DNA from: Trichosphaerium sp. ATCC 40318
Taxonomy: Eukaryota; Protista; Tubulinea
Length of the DNA stretch: 64,000 nt
Assembly: GCA_038496445.1 (NCBI GenBank)
Contig: JALMLS010000487.1
Coordinates: 1-64,000 of the forward strand
Direction: 5' to 3'
Part shown: piece by piece, positions 1 to 11,981 of the stretch
How the letters are laid out: every line of letters starts with the position of its first letter
How positions within the stretch are numbered: position 1 is the first letter of the stretch
The notes under the pieces: generated by a model
Told to the model about the DNA's origin: nothing
Seen by the model: the letters and a program-made list of their open reading frames with translations, nothing else
Databases searched by the model: none
Translations under genes and position numbers: made by a program

Positions 1-1358
1 CGCCATTAGTTATACTTAAACAGTCCTTATAAACTTCGCATAATCGATTACTTTTACAAACTTTACCTTCCTTGCCAACCCATAAATTCTCCTTCGTGGG
101 TATCCGGAAAAGGCATCAAATCAAACAAAAATAATGGAACAAGCATGTTCGTAGCAAAAGCAAATCCAGGCTAAATAGAAAGTTAGAATAATCTAACCAC
201 GAACAAAACTGTTCATTATCAGTTGTTTCTTTGTACCATAGTTGCTTCAGCACCACGAAGTTTGAAACCAGTTAGCGCTTGTGTGTAACCTTTCAATACA
301 CAAGCTGAATCTTGGCTATCCCAAAACAAATAAATACAAACAACGTACAAAAATAGTGAAAGTTGTAAAGAAAAAAAACAAAAAAAAAAGAGTACCAAAA
401 GAAAGGATCGTTCTCGTTTATAAATTCTTCACATTCCTCCCATTTATTCAAAGAAAGATAGACATCAACCATATTATATCTGAAATTACAATACTGCGCA
501 TACATACCCCTACAACAATCCCACAATCAACACAAAAAAAACAAAAAGAAAAAGAAATCACGTGACATGCAAATGATAACCAAGTGTCAAGTTTCAAAAA
601 ATACTACGTACAGAATACCATCATCAAGTTCTATTAGATGTTTATACGCCTTAAGAGCTGCATTATACTCTCCTAGCTTACGTAAAGTGTTAGCAACACC
701 ATGTACGCATGTGAAGTGTTCCATTGTTGCTTGGTGAGCAAAGTTCCAAGGCATTTTAAGAGAAACTTCACCTGTAGGGTGAAGCGCTGGTGGTCTTCCA
801 GCGCCAGTTCTATAATACTCTAAAGCTTCCTATTTTGCATACTATTACGTACTTTTTACGTTGTTTAAGGTTATTACGTACGTTTTTTGTTTTAGCCCAT
901 CGCGCTTGTATTCTGTAAGCGAGAGGACAGTTAGGGCTGATTTTTAATGCTTTTTTAGCTATTTTGGTGGCTTTTAATGCATCTTTACATTGGGTGGCGG
1001 GAAGTGCACTAAATACTTATTATCGAGCGATGTGGTGTCTTTTTTATACGTTTGGTAGGCTTGAAACTCTTTTGTGCCTTTCCACGCTTCTACATCTTCT
1101 AAACGTTTGTTATTACCATAAAGATACTCTTTTAAGCATACCAACATGTAATTCAGGTCGTACTGATCCAAGCTCAAATAAGGCGATTATTTCGTCATTA
1201 AACTCTTCATTACTGTCCACATTGTTACCAACGTAATCTCTAGGTAAATCTGATTCGACAGGCATTGCTGGGTTTAGTATTGCGCGTGGAGCGGGAGAAG
1301 GGTCATTATAAGCGTTTTTTAGTACGCGTTCGTGAAACCGATGGTGTGCTGTTGCCAT
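1..1358 (-). CDS. ST7-like / TPR protein (multi-exon, 3' end runs off the window start)
   Basis: Spliced by hand across GT-AG introns: MATAHH...AKKALKISPNCPLAYRIQARWA..EALEYYR..HGVANTLRKLGEYNAALKAYKHLIELDD..RYNMVDVYLSLNKWEECEEFI. These are TPR-type helices resembling the ST7 family. Confidence 0.6.
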
Positions 1359-1558
1359 TTTGATGTTTCGACACGTTTTTTATGAAGAAAGACAAAAACC
1401 AGAAAATACAAAAGTTTTCAACAAATGACATTGTAAAAAATCTGTCATTATCAAGAATTTGACTTTGCAAGCACGAGCCGATGGTATGATTAGATAGCTG
1501 CCAGCATGGCTGAGTGCTTTGGTTGTAAAGAGTTGCGGTTACATTAATATCAAAAAAC

Positions 1559-1633
1559 AGGCCCGAAAGGGAGTCGAACCCTTGACCTCTTGCCTACAAA
1601 GCAAGCGCTATAGACCAACTAAGCTACCGGGCC
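1559..1633 (-). tRNA. tRNA-Thr(UGU)
   Basis: Reverse complement folds as a cloverleaf: acceptor GGCCCGG/TCGGGCC, anticodon arm CTTGC-TTTGTAG-GCAAG, T arm AAGGG-TTCGACT-CCCTT, discriminator T. Confidence 0.93.
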
Positions 1634-1771
1634 TCTGTTACTATAAGGACTCTGAAAGGATCGTAGCGGCACGACAAAGCACTGCGAGCAAGGCATTACA
1701 AAATACAAAGCAATACTAAAATATTTGTTGTAATTGTTAATGAAGATATAGCGCTTAAGTGTTCGGTCTGT

Positions 1772-3273
1772 TTACCATCCCTTAACTACATCATACTCAG
1801 TGAGTACAATCATGGTGTTGGTTGGTTCGTGGTAAGCTGTAACTATATACCCCGAATCCTTAAAGGTTTCCTCTCTAGATGGAGAGTCATAGTACATACT
1901 TGCATTGTAGAAAGCTAAAGATACCAAAGGAATTAGCGATAAATCAGAATTTTGCAACCGTACAAGATGCCCAACCAGAGTGAGAACCCTCAACATCATG
2001 AGAATCCTGAAAGAAGCATACAGACGAAAATCCATCAGGGAATTCTTCTTCCAGGTACTCACCAAGGCTGAATTGTGTTAGAAAAGATACACATTACTTT
2101 AAACACTTTTACCCAGCTAACATGCTTGGCGACTCTGTACTAAGTAAATCATCTTGATCCGATGAATCGTAAGCATCAACACAGTCTAAAAAATTTTCTA
2201 TTGGAACGCTTATCTTATGAGGCTTTTGAAAAATAACATAAGGAGGTCTATCGAAAAGAAGTGGTTACAAAAAAAGTCATGTACAATTAAGACTTGTTAA
2301 CGTACAATTTATCCTTATTCAAGAAATGATATGCATAAGTTCCCATTGACATTTTAACGCTTTTTTTTTCTACTGATGAAAAATCTGAAACAAAAACAGG
2401 ATCATCAATATGGATGAAACCATTATTGACACGTTTTATAGCAAAAAAAGCACATAAAGCATGATAACGTTCTATAGGCTCTTCGATATGTTGTGTGAAA
2501 GTATCAATACGAATACAAGCAGATAATGACGCATACTCAGCATCTACTACATAAGCGTGTAAATAGTTCTCTAACCTAATAATCAAAAAGCAACGTACAC
2601 TCGAAACTATTAACACCTTTGATGTATCCTCTAAAACGTCAAGTTATTAGATACTAAATCAAAATGTACTTAAAACGGGTGGTAAATGAGAATGACAATG
2701 AGGATAATGGTAGTGTTCTCTTTGGTTTGAATGATTTTAATTGGTTGTAATTGTTTTAAAGGACAGTGAGGACTGAGTGATACACAAAAACAAAGAACAT
2801 GTTATTCTGAGGTTGCAAAAAACAACGTACTCAATAATTGGCGGAAAAGTCATTGTCACGTGTTTTGGAACATGTTGCACGTGATTCTTAAACAAGTCAA
2901 ACCAACAGCTCCCCATACTAAAATCATCGAGTTTTTCAAACTCTTTGCTGACTCTATTTAAGACTTTGGTTTTGTACTTTGGTAAAACGAAGGAAGACAT
3001 AAAAAACCGTTTCCACAGCACGTTGGCCTTTCCAACCTTACAATCGTTAGTTCATTTAACGAACTTTGAAAGTCGTACAAAAGATGAACTGTTTTAGAAG
3101 AAATCTAATATTAAACGTGCCTCATTCCACCCTCTACTCACGCACATGTGCGTTAAGACGTCATATCGAGAAGAATACGCGTAAATATGTAATAAACAGT
3201 CGTAAGGCAATTCGCAACAAATACCATGGCTTTTTTGTACTCTCTTTGCTTCAGGCGTTGTGGTTTGCTGCAT
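1772..3273 (-). CDS. F-box protein (multi-exon)
   Basis: N-terminal F-box ELPYDCLLHIYAYSSRYDVLTHMCVSRGWNE|VGKANVLWKRF, completed by a GC-AG intron (3037-3120). Downstream exons correspond to ORFs 2737-3021, 2287-2616 and 1772-2065. Confidence 0.7.
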
Positions 3274-3528
3274 GTCGAGGTAACTGAAGCTGTACAACAG
3301 CAATAGTAACTTAACAACTCATTTAAGTTACAAATCTGCCACTTTCACACAGTTTTGTTGTAGAAAATATTTGAAATTGCAGCCGCGTTACCAACAAGAA
3401 ATGTTTGCCGCTCGCTAGTGTCAGTAGAATAAACTTGAGTTGCATTATTGTAACACAACAATAGAAATCTAACATTAATATCTTTATTGCAGCAAAGACG
3501 GCTGATGTTTACAGAGATTACAAAATAT

Positions 3529-4788
3529 CTATAGTTGGAATAGAATGCACAATAGTAAAGCAAACAATGAAACGATTGTTGACATTGCTGATGATGTATT
3601 GGCAGCTCTGCTTTGTGGATCTTCGGAACAAGATCCTTCTCCAGTGACCTCCAATGAATAGAAGCGTACTGTAGAATACTGATCACCAGAGTTGGCTTGC
3701 AAGTAGTTACCAGCCTTAAAGTAATTGGTGAAACTGCCCCAGTATTTGCTAACATCAACATCTAATTTTTTCTCGCCATCAAGATATACTAAAAGATCTC
3801 CATCATCAACCTAGGATTAAAGTAAGACAAAGAAAATATCTTTGAAGCAAAAAAAAGGCATACATGTATCTCCATGTCAAAGCGACCATAACCAACACTA
3901 CCAAGGGTAACCTGAAGAATTAGTTAGTGTGAATTGGAGCGAAACAAAAGTGGGGAGGGTTGGACTCATCAAGTACCTTTGGAGCGTCATCACCGTCTTT
4001 GTTTTCCTTGTACAAAGCATAAATGGTACCACTTGATTCCCATTGAATTTTTATCAAAGGAGGTGCGTCAAAAGCGTGGATTTGGAGTACTACGACTTTG
4101 CTTGCAGCTGTTTTGGCTCTATCAACCTTGAGAGTAGCTTTCATTATGTGTTTGCCATCAATATGCCAGTTCTAAAAATACATTAACCAAACACTGCAAT
4201 CACGTGTTTTTTTTTTTGACAATTGTGTATTTTTTTTAAATTGATTCTTACGTCGTTGTCGTTAGATGGATTACAGAGTTGGCGTAACTCAGACCTAGGA
4301 TAACTCGATCCTTTTGTTGTACCGCCATTAGAAGGACAATAAAATGTCATCGATCCATCACCTCCAGTGTAAAAGTAATCTGAGGTATACGTTTCCAACT
4401 ATAGCGTCGTTAGATAATTTACAAACGGTAAAGCAAGCGTAATAACGGTGTACATAGAAAAAAACCGTTTAAACCAAAACAGCCCCAAAAAGAAAACAAA
4501 TATGTTAAAACCGAACGATTAAACAGTCTCACGTATGACAGAACAAACCAGAAAATAAAAAGCAAAAAGAAAAAAAGTCGTACTTGAGAAGGTGATTTTT
4601 CAGATACTGATGAATCAGGAAGTGTTATCTTCCAGTTGCTGAGATCGAAGTTTTCTCCAGGTGTTTTGTCTGTATCAAGCTGTGCGAGACAGAGTGCTAA
4701 GAATGCTGATAAAATAATCCACTTCTGGTTAACAAAGTCGTAAGCGAGATGTATAGATACAAACAGACGGAAATATTAAACGAACCAT
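3529..4788 (-). CDS. Polysaccharide lyase family 7 (alginate lyase-like), secreted, probably GPI-anchored
   Basis: Signal peptide MKWIILSAFLALCLA; FDLSNWKITLP; PL7 motifs YPRSELR, QIH and YFKAGNYLQ; Ser-rich linker and hydrophobic C-terminus (STIVSLFALLLCILFQL*). The first coding exon is only the ATG. Confidence 0.9.
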
Positions 4789-6171
4789 TTTTCCGCTTGT
4801 GTTGCTTCTTGTTTGGTAAAGTGAGTATAATGACCGCTAGTGCGCTAATTTACTCGTTCACAGTACGCTAGCACCCGCAAAGTTCGGGTGTAAGTAACCG
4901 CTAGTGATATATCCTCGCTGGATTTTGATGTACGGAGAGTTAACTGGTTGTCTTACTTTTCAAATAAGCTTTCTTTGGTAAAAATAAAGCAGAATGTTAC
5001 TCACATAGGTACCCTCTGTAAGTTACTATATAATCAGTGTAACGGTAGTATAAAGATGGCACGTAGAAAGCGGAAGTGCGGCGCTATTATTTTTCCGTTG
5101 TACTAATTCACCATTTTGGCTGAACAGACAAAATAAGTGCCTTGCGGAAAAATGGGTTGAAGAAAACCTCCGTTGGTGCGTATACCTCGCGACAATAAAC
5201 ACGCTAGCCATCTCTCGACGCTTTCGCTAGTACATAAGATTATTACGCTTGCCAGCAGTATGATGCGATTTTTTATTAACTCTCAACACTTCTGCTGTAT
5301 TGTAGAAGGCCAGCAGCGTAATAATAAACAAAACTATATTTGGCAAACAAAGAAAAAAAAAGCGGTTGGTGTGAATTACTTTAATCCTATCTTTTCGTAA
5401 ATAAACAACCTAAAGCGCAATATACTAAAACAGTAAATCTTGAGCATTTTGTGCAGTCTTTTCATTGTTGATTGCGTCACCCTTTTGGTGTCCAAAGCGT
5501 ACAAACCACGTTTTATTGTCGTTACTAGCAAACGGGAGTATTAATAGAGACGCAATATTTTGCCAACTTGCGCAAGTTTTGAAAGCGCCAAAAAAAAAAC
5601 AACAACCTTTTTAAAATAAACCGGAACAAATGAATCAATTGTATATTTCTGCGTTTACACCCAACGTCTCCAAGTGTCTGCAGTAAAGTTGCTTTTTGAA
5701 AGCATACGATTCACAGACCACGTGTGCCACAGACACAGCACGTAATAAACGGTACAACATCACTATAGAACACCGTTTCATGAAGCACGTGAGCAAAAGA
5801 AGCTAATGCTTTGAAACGGTACAACGATAATATTATAAACTACTCCGAAATGAATCTTGTTCATAGCCTTATGGGTGTTTATTCGGATGCATGATCACTA
5901 TGCGAACCTAGCTCGCATTGAGTCACAACGCTATGACTTTTGTAAAATACCGTTTTGTACTTTTCAAAAAAGGTAAGAAATAGCCTCTACACTGTTATTC
6001 TATTCGGTTGACAACACTCTGTTGCCTCAAAATACGTAAACTGTTTGTGTACATGCAATAGGCTGTGTTTATTTAATCTACACCGACCATACATGAGCAC
6101 TTTAACACTTCTTTCAAATATGAAGAGTAAACAGTATCAATTTTATTGAAGTATTTTATTTGTTGACATGA

Positions 6172-8890
6172 TTAGAGTGTTACACTTGGGATTGTAGGAA
6201 GTTCTACACCTCCTTTTGAAGTCTCAATGCTTTCTACAGCTTTTGTTTTATCATCTACTTTTGTTGCAGCAGTCACCTGTTCGCTCTTAGTATTTTTACC
6301 CAGCACTCTCTTGCCCAACGCAATACACTCTTCATAGAATGGTTTTATAACTAATAAAGAAACAGATATTAACAAGGTAGACAACCATCGAGAGCATAGT
6401 GAAGGCGTACCCAGGCACCCAAGGAATAGTAAAAATGATCTTGAATAAACATTAAAACTTCCCCATACAGAATGCCACCACGGTGGTATGATCTCTAAGT
6501 CTAATGCAGATGTTAAAATGTAATATAATAATACAAAGTTTAACACTGTTTGACTTGCCACATTGTCCAGGCGTTTTATGCTCGCAAGCTATCCAAGCAG
6601 CAACTAGTTCGTTCGCTCTTTCTTCGGAATAAGTGAGTCTTTTAAGTGCTAGAGATATAGGAACTAAGCTGTAGTATATAAAAAGTAACATCCAAAGAAT
6701 GAGTATTGCTTGGCTTCTGGCTATTCTTTTTTTGGTTATTGCACTTCCTTTAACAGGAAAATTCTTAATCTTTCTGTATTCCTAGAGTTTCAAACAATTT
6801 TTAGCACAAAAGGAAATAACTGTAAGCACGTGTTTGTAATTCCCAAAATTTTCTGTTCAGAGTTGTATTTTTCAAAAACAAAGCACCGAAGTAACGTACT
6901 GCTGCGATGATTATCGAGAATGTGACCGTTCCAATAATACCCAACGCCGCTGGTATTATCATATCAGCTGTCCATACAATAATCAGATCATGTGTATTTC
7001 CTCGCACTATCATGATATTTGTTAACAAAAATCAGTTTTCTATGAAATAAGTGTAGGTGTTTGGACGTACTTGTGCAATGCGTTGACACAAGAACATTTG
7101 ATCCAAAATTCTCAGTTGCGAAGAACCAAATATCCACAATAGCCAAGCATATCCATGGTACAATATAGCAAGCTGCCCTGTCATACAAAGTTGAGCATAA
7201 AAGACTGAGTGAAAGCAAAACCTATTCTTACTTGAAGTATATCGATGGCTGTCCTTTCTTTAGAAAAGTGTACGTCATACCAACAACCCATGCTACAAAG
7301 GCATAGTGCGAAAGCGATTGAAAGTGATACATCCAAAACCCTAAAACAGTGTTAGCGAAGAGAAACTCTTACAAAACTAAACCCAAAGACAAAGCACCTT
7401 GGAATACACAAAACCATGAATCTCGTGGCCTGACATATTCTTCATCGTTCAAACAAACAAGATTGTGCGGTGAAAGAATAATACTAGCAATATACCCAAG
7501 AGTAGACAAGAAAGTATACCTACACTTGGTTAATGCGTTTTTTTTTTCAAATCAAAAAATGTTCGCTTCAAGTCAACTTTTAGTCTTGGACTAAAACGAA
7601 GTGATGGAGTGTTACTACGCGGAATAACCATGAAGCCACCAAACAATAAGCTTAAGCTTGGATTGGTAAAGTAGAATGGTATACTTCACACAATGGTGTA
7701 TCATTAGGAAGCGTGCGAAGTTTGACTTCTTAGGCATATTCTTTTACTCTATCGTACCATATAATAAGTGAATGTAACGAAATGGGGAACTTATGTTTCA
7801 AAGCAATCCTCGTAGATACCACTACAGCAAATAATCCAACAATAATCGCAAGAGGAGCAAACACATACATAAGCTACAGCGCAAGAAAAAAAACGTTAGT
7901 TTCCCATAATAATAATAAAAAAAAAATCACAATGTAGAACAAACTGATAAACGTACAATACGCTCTACCTTTGGTGAGCGAGAGTCAACATATCTCTTAG
8001 GACACCCAAAAGAACAAAGTTCTTTAAAACCATCTTCATGGTCTTCATTATAAACGGTAGGATGAGTACAATCTGTTGGAAGCGTTTGAATGGTAGCATC
8101 ATTGCAATCAGGTAAAGGAGCGTAGTCAGGGAAAGAAACTAGACGAAGTAAGAACTCTTGTGTGATCGATAAACGAACATGCGCTTTCTGAGACGTACAA
8201 GGACCGACTGTAGTGACACTGGAGCAATTAGGTAATATTAAGAGTGCTGTCTGACCAAGTGCTTCTACAAGGCACGTCCTTACTGCTTGGCACGTATTTA
8301 CGCATATTGGACGTGGTATTGGAAGGTTTCCTAGACTTCTTTTAAAATCGTAATATAACCGCTTTAGGAACATAGTAATACGTACCTGTACATTGTCGGT
8401 AGACTGTCTTACACAAAAGCTCTTTAAACACGCGACCACAACTATAAATGTAAGAGGCAAATAAAAAAAAAGGTCAATAGAATATTCCCACAACACGTGC
8501 GTGGAGTATAACTGACAACAAAGAAAAGGTGATTCGTGTGAAGCGGAAACAAAAATATGACACAAAAACGAAAAATCACGTGACTAGCGGGTTTATCTTC
8601 TTTTGTTTTATAGGCGCTAATCACGTGTTTTGTCATGTCCGTTTTTTAACGAAGATGTAAAATTTAACGCACTTTTTATCAACAAGTGATATATCTGAGA
8701 TAGCGTCTCTAAACGTAAGCTGATAGATGCCATCCAGTACTTGTGTTGTTGTATTTGGTGGAAGAATAAAATGATAGCTTTCTTCAAAGCCACACAGATT
8801 GTTTGTTGTGTTTGCGCTTAAGCACAGTTGTCCCGAGATAGTACATATCAAACATAGTATTATCACTAGATAAGTAGCATTCATCACCAT
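6172..8890 (-). CDS. Frizzled/Smoothened-like 7TM receptor (Fsl-type GPCR)
   Basis: Signal peptide, Cys-rich domain (PRPICVNTCQAVRTC..LPNCS..CSFGCP), then several hydrophobic segments with LVCLNDEE..WFCVFQG and ACYI, and a short cytosolic tail. Confidence 0.65.
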
Positions 8891-9125
8891 ACCTGGAATG
8901 TGCAACAAAAGAAACACAACGACTTCGATACCAGAAAAAAAACATCAACATTAACAGGTCAACAGGTTTCTGTTAGTTTATTTCAAAAGATTTATCTTTT
9001 TTGATACAGATCCCAGGCATTGTATTGTCGTTATTCGGTTCTACTTCACTTGGACAGCAAGTGTGTTAAAGCTTTTAGTGGTTATAAATTGGGACAGTAA
9101 ATAGCATGAACTCCCTCCACTATCC

Positions 9126-9754
9126 TTAGTTTACTCTAATATCAAACTTTATACCTTCGAAAAATTTTGCGTCGTCTTTTGTACTTTGTGTCGTCGGAAT
9201 GTGGCCACCCAGCGATTGATTCACATGCTTGTACAATATACCATCACTAATCCAACAAGTTTCCGCTACTTTAGTTCCTTTTGAATAAAGGCATTGCCAG
9301 AAAAGAGTTGGTATGACAACGGTCAAATGTTCTTGTAAATCAAAAACTGTACTACGGTAATAATATGCTACCCTATGCCATAAATACTTTGACGTTTCGG
9401 TTGTCCACTCTCATACTTATTATATACTCACTCAGCGACAAGTTTATCATTTTTGTAGTAAGTGTACCATCTGGTGTCCGAGTTTTAAGGTGTCCTTCTT
9501 TACTTCCATGCGAATAAAACCTTTCGGCTAGAGTTTTACAGTTTCTGCGTCTCACCTATTCGCCGTCAAACCTTGAGGATGAAACTGCAGCTAGCTTCGA
9601 TAGTAATGGCCACTTGATGTACACGATGCTGTTTATATCAATATTATCCAGTTGTAGCTCCACAGGGAGCTCAAGTAGAGTTGGGGAGCTTGATACCTAG
9701 TATCATTACAATAATGGATTATAGTGTTACCTGCTGTTTACGCTTTAGTGTCAT
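9126..9754 (-). pseudogene. Degenerate F-box-like gene
   Basis: MTLKRKQQ|VSSSPTLLELPVELQLD (F-box start), then an in-frame TAG near 9556 and another near 9373. Confidence 0.4.
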
Positions 9755-9944
9755 TTGGAAACTGAGAATATAACTTACGTGATGCCTTGTGGTATCGGTT
9801 TTGAAATGGGAACAAATTCAAGTTCCGTTAAGGTAACTTAGTATCAATGTAGTGTACAAACGTTGCGACGTATTGGATTGAAGACGTTTATTATTGTCAA
9901 CATTAATCGACCCTAAACAAGCTTATTTTGGGTGTACCTTTTAC

Positions 9945-10575
9945 ATAATCTCAACGCTATCTCCTGTACAGTATAGATTAATATATTCCATAGTCAACAC
10001 ATTGCCCTGAAGTGTCATTGTAACCACGCCAATTTTTTTTTGTTTGTGTATCGAAGGTTTTGAGACTCCATTCTCCGTATAGCCATACAGCTCCACCCGT
10101 AAGTTTTTAGAGTACGTGAATCAGGAATCAGCTTCGATACATCTGTTTCATTAATGATACCTATAAAAAGATAGTTGGAAGTCTGTTTAACGTTCAGATT
10201 CCATACAGCATTGTATTCAACAACTTTGGTGCCAACAACCGCACAATGTGCTGTTTGAGAACGCTTTTCAGCAACGGTTGAAGACACGGCAACCTCTCCT
10301 GCAGTTCGGAGGGCGTGAAAGGTGTCAGGTGAAGAAGATACATCACTGATTCCGAGGTAATCTACAAGAGCCAAAAAATCTTCATCTTTGTGCATGAGCT
10401 TAGTCACCTTGGAAAGAGGACGTTTGGTCGCTGGAAAAGTTGATGCTCTTAGAGAATTTAATATGATATCGAAATAATGAGGATTCAAGTCTAGGAATAC
10501 ACGTCCGTCCTTGTCTAAGGTATGCTTTTCTTCCCAGCGCCCGCTGAACATAATCTCCAGTTTATGCTCTGACAT
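9945..10575 (-). pseudogene. KCTD-type BTB + SPRY-like domain, 5'-truncated and frameshifted
   Basis: LEIMFSGRWE..DKDGRVFLDLNPHYFDIILNSLR (BTB lacking its first strands); WNLNVKQTSNYLFIGII..YGWS (SPRY-like). A plausible continuation (YGYTENG..IGVVTMTL) is in another frame. Confidence 0.55.
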
Positions 10576-11981
10576 TTTAAAAAAGAAGTGTTTTGGCTGA
10601 CTACTAACAGTTGACTTAATCAGCGAAATAAATGGTAACTGTTTATTGACAGCTCAGTTTGAAGTACAAGCAATGACCTATACTATTTAACTTTGACCAT
10701 GTACTATCAAAACAAGAGTCCTTCGATCGCCATTGCGTACATTTCAGTTTATAATTTATGTCTTTTCGGCTGTCTCCAACAAGTGCTGTTAAAACATACC
10801 TACGGCGAAGGTCAGTAGTTACTCTCAAATAGTAAGTAGGTCGGTTGTAGGTCAGTGGTGATACTAAAGATACAATCTTAAAGCGTTCTTGTTGGTTGTT
10901 GTTCACGTGAATTTCGTGATCACAACAAGGCTGACCTTGGTAGTAAAACAAGTTGTTTTATAAGCATGTTCTGCTGGTACCAATTGAGCTACATTAGGTA
11001 GAACAGGCTTACTTTTAGTGCTTCTTCAAGAACCAATACATACCATACAATTGTTGCCTGCAATAAGCGAACAGCGCATTTTCTGTTGTTGGAACTAGCA
11101 TGGGCTAAAAAGTTAGTTCTTCATCCTAAACGTCGCCTTCAGCGTCTCGTTTCGTTGTCTATTATGTTGAAGGTATGGATGCATAGGATACAGATGTAGG
11201 ATTTGGAAAAAAATTGAAGGTACAAGAAGTGAGTGTCTTACAATAGCGATCATAAAACCAGGTAGTTCTAAAGCCAACTTTATTTTCATGCAATACGTTG
11301 CAAGTTGCAATTAATCAAGGCAATAAAAACTGCAACCGAGCTTGTTGCTAACAGCCACAGAGAGTTTAGTGCCTTCATGTGAATTTTGGCGATAGTCTCT
11401 GAACAGTCATTGTTATGTGAATATCAACACCAGCCGGCAGTCTTTTTCTCCGACATGTCTTTGTTTAAAAACGTCTAAACCCTTTATTTAGGTACCAACA
11501 TAAAGAAAAGTTTCGAGAAATTACAACTGACTTCCTTCAGAGGTAAGTTTTACGCAATGGTTATTGTAATACTTCGCGTGTCATTTGAATTAATTGATTT
11601 TTTTTTTTTGGTTTTTGTTCTGTGTAGCACGTTTTTTATCACGTGTATACTGGAATATACATTTATTTTTAATGCACAAATGGTTGCATTATAGAACGCG
11701 GGATGGGTTTTGGGATTTTATCCCATATCCTCCGAAAAGACTTTTACTGCAAGAATAATTTTAAACCTATCAAATATTACTCTAGACACTTCCAAAGAAG
11801 CGCTCTAAGGATTCTACATCACTACCTCACCTGTTTCTACAAACTATTTAAATAGCATTACTAACGCTATATAAATATCAGTCGCTGATCTTCACAAACT
11901 AGCGGGGGCGGACGCACCACGAGTGCACAAATCAATGTCTTTAGCTAGCCGCTTGCGAACAAAATCTCAAATTCACTACAA

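Noticed and set aside
9373-9560. In-frame TAGs as a sign of stop-codon reassignment
   Set aside because: TAG is the real terminator of the PL7, vWA, SH2, EDC4 and reductase genes; decay is the simpler explanation.
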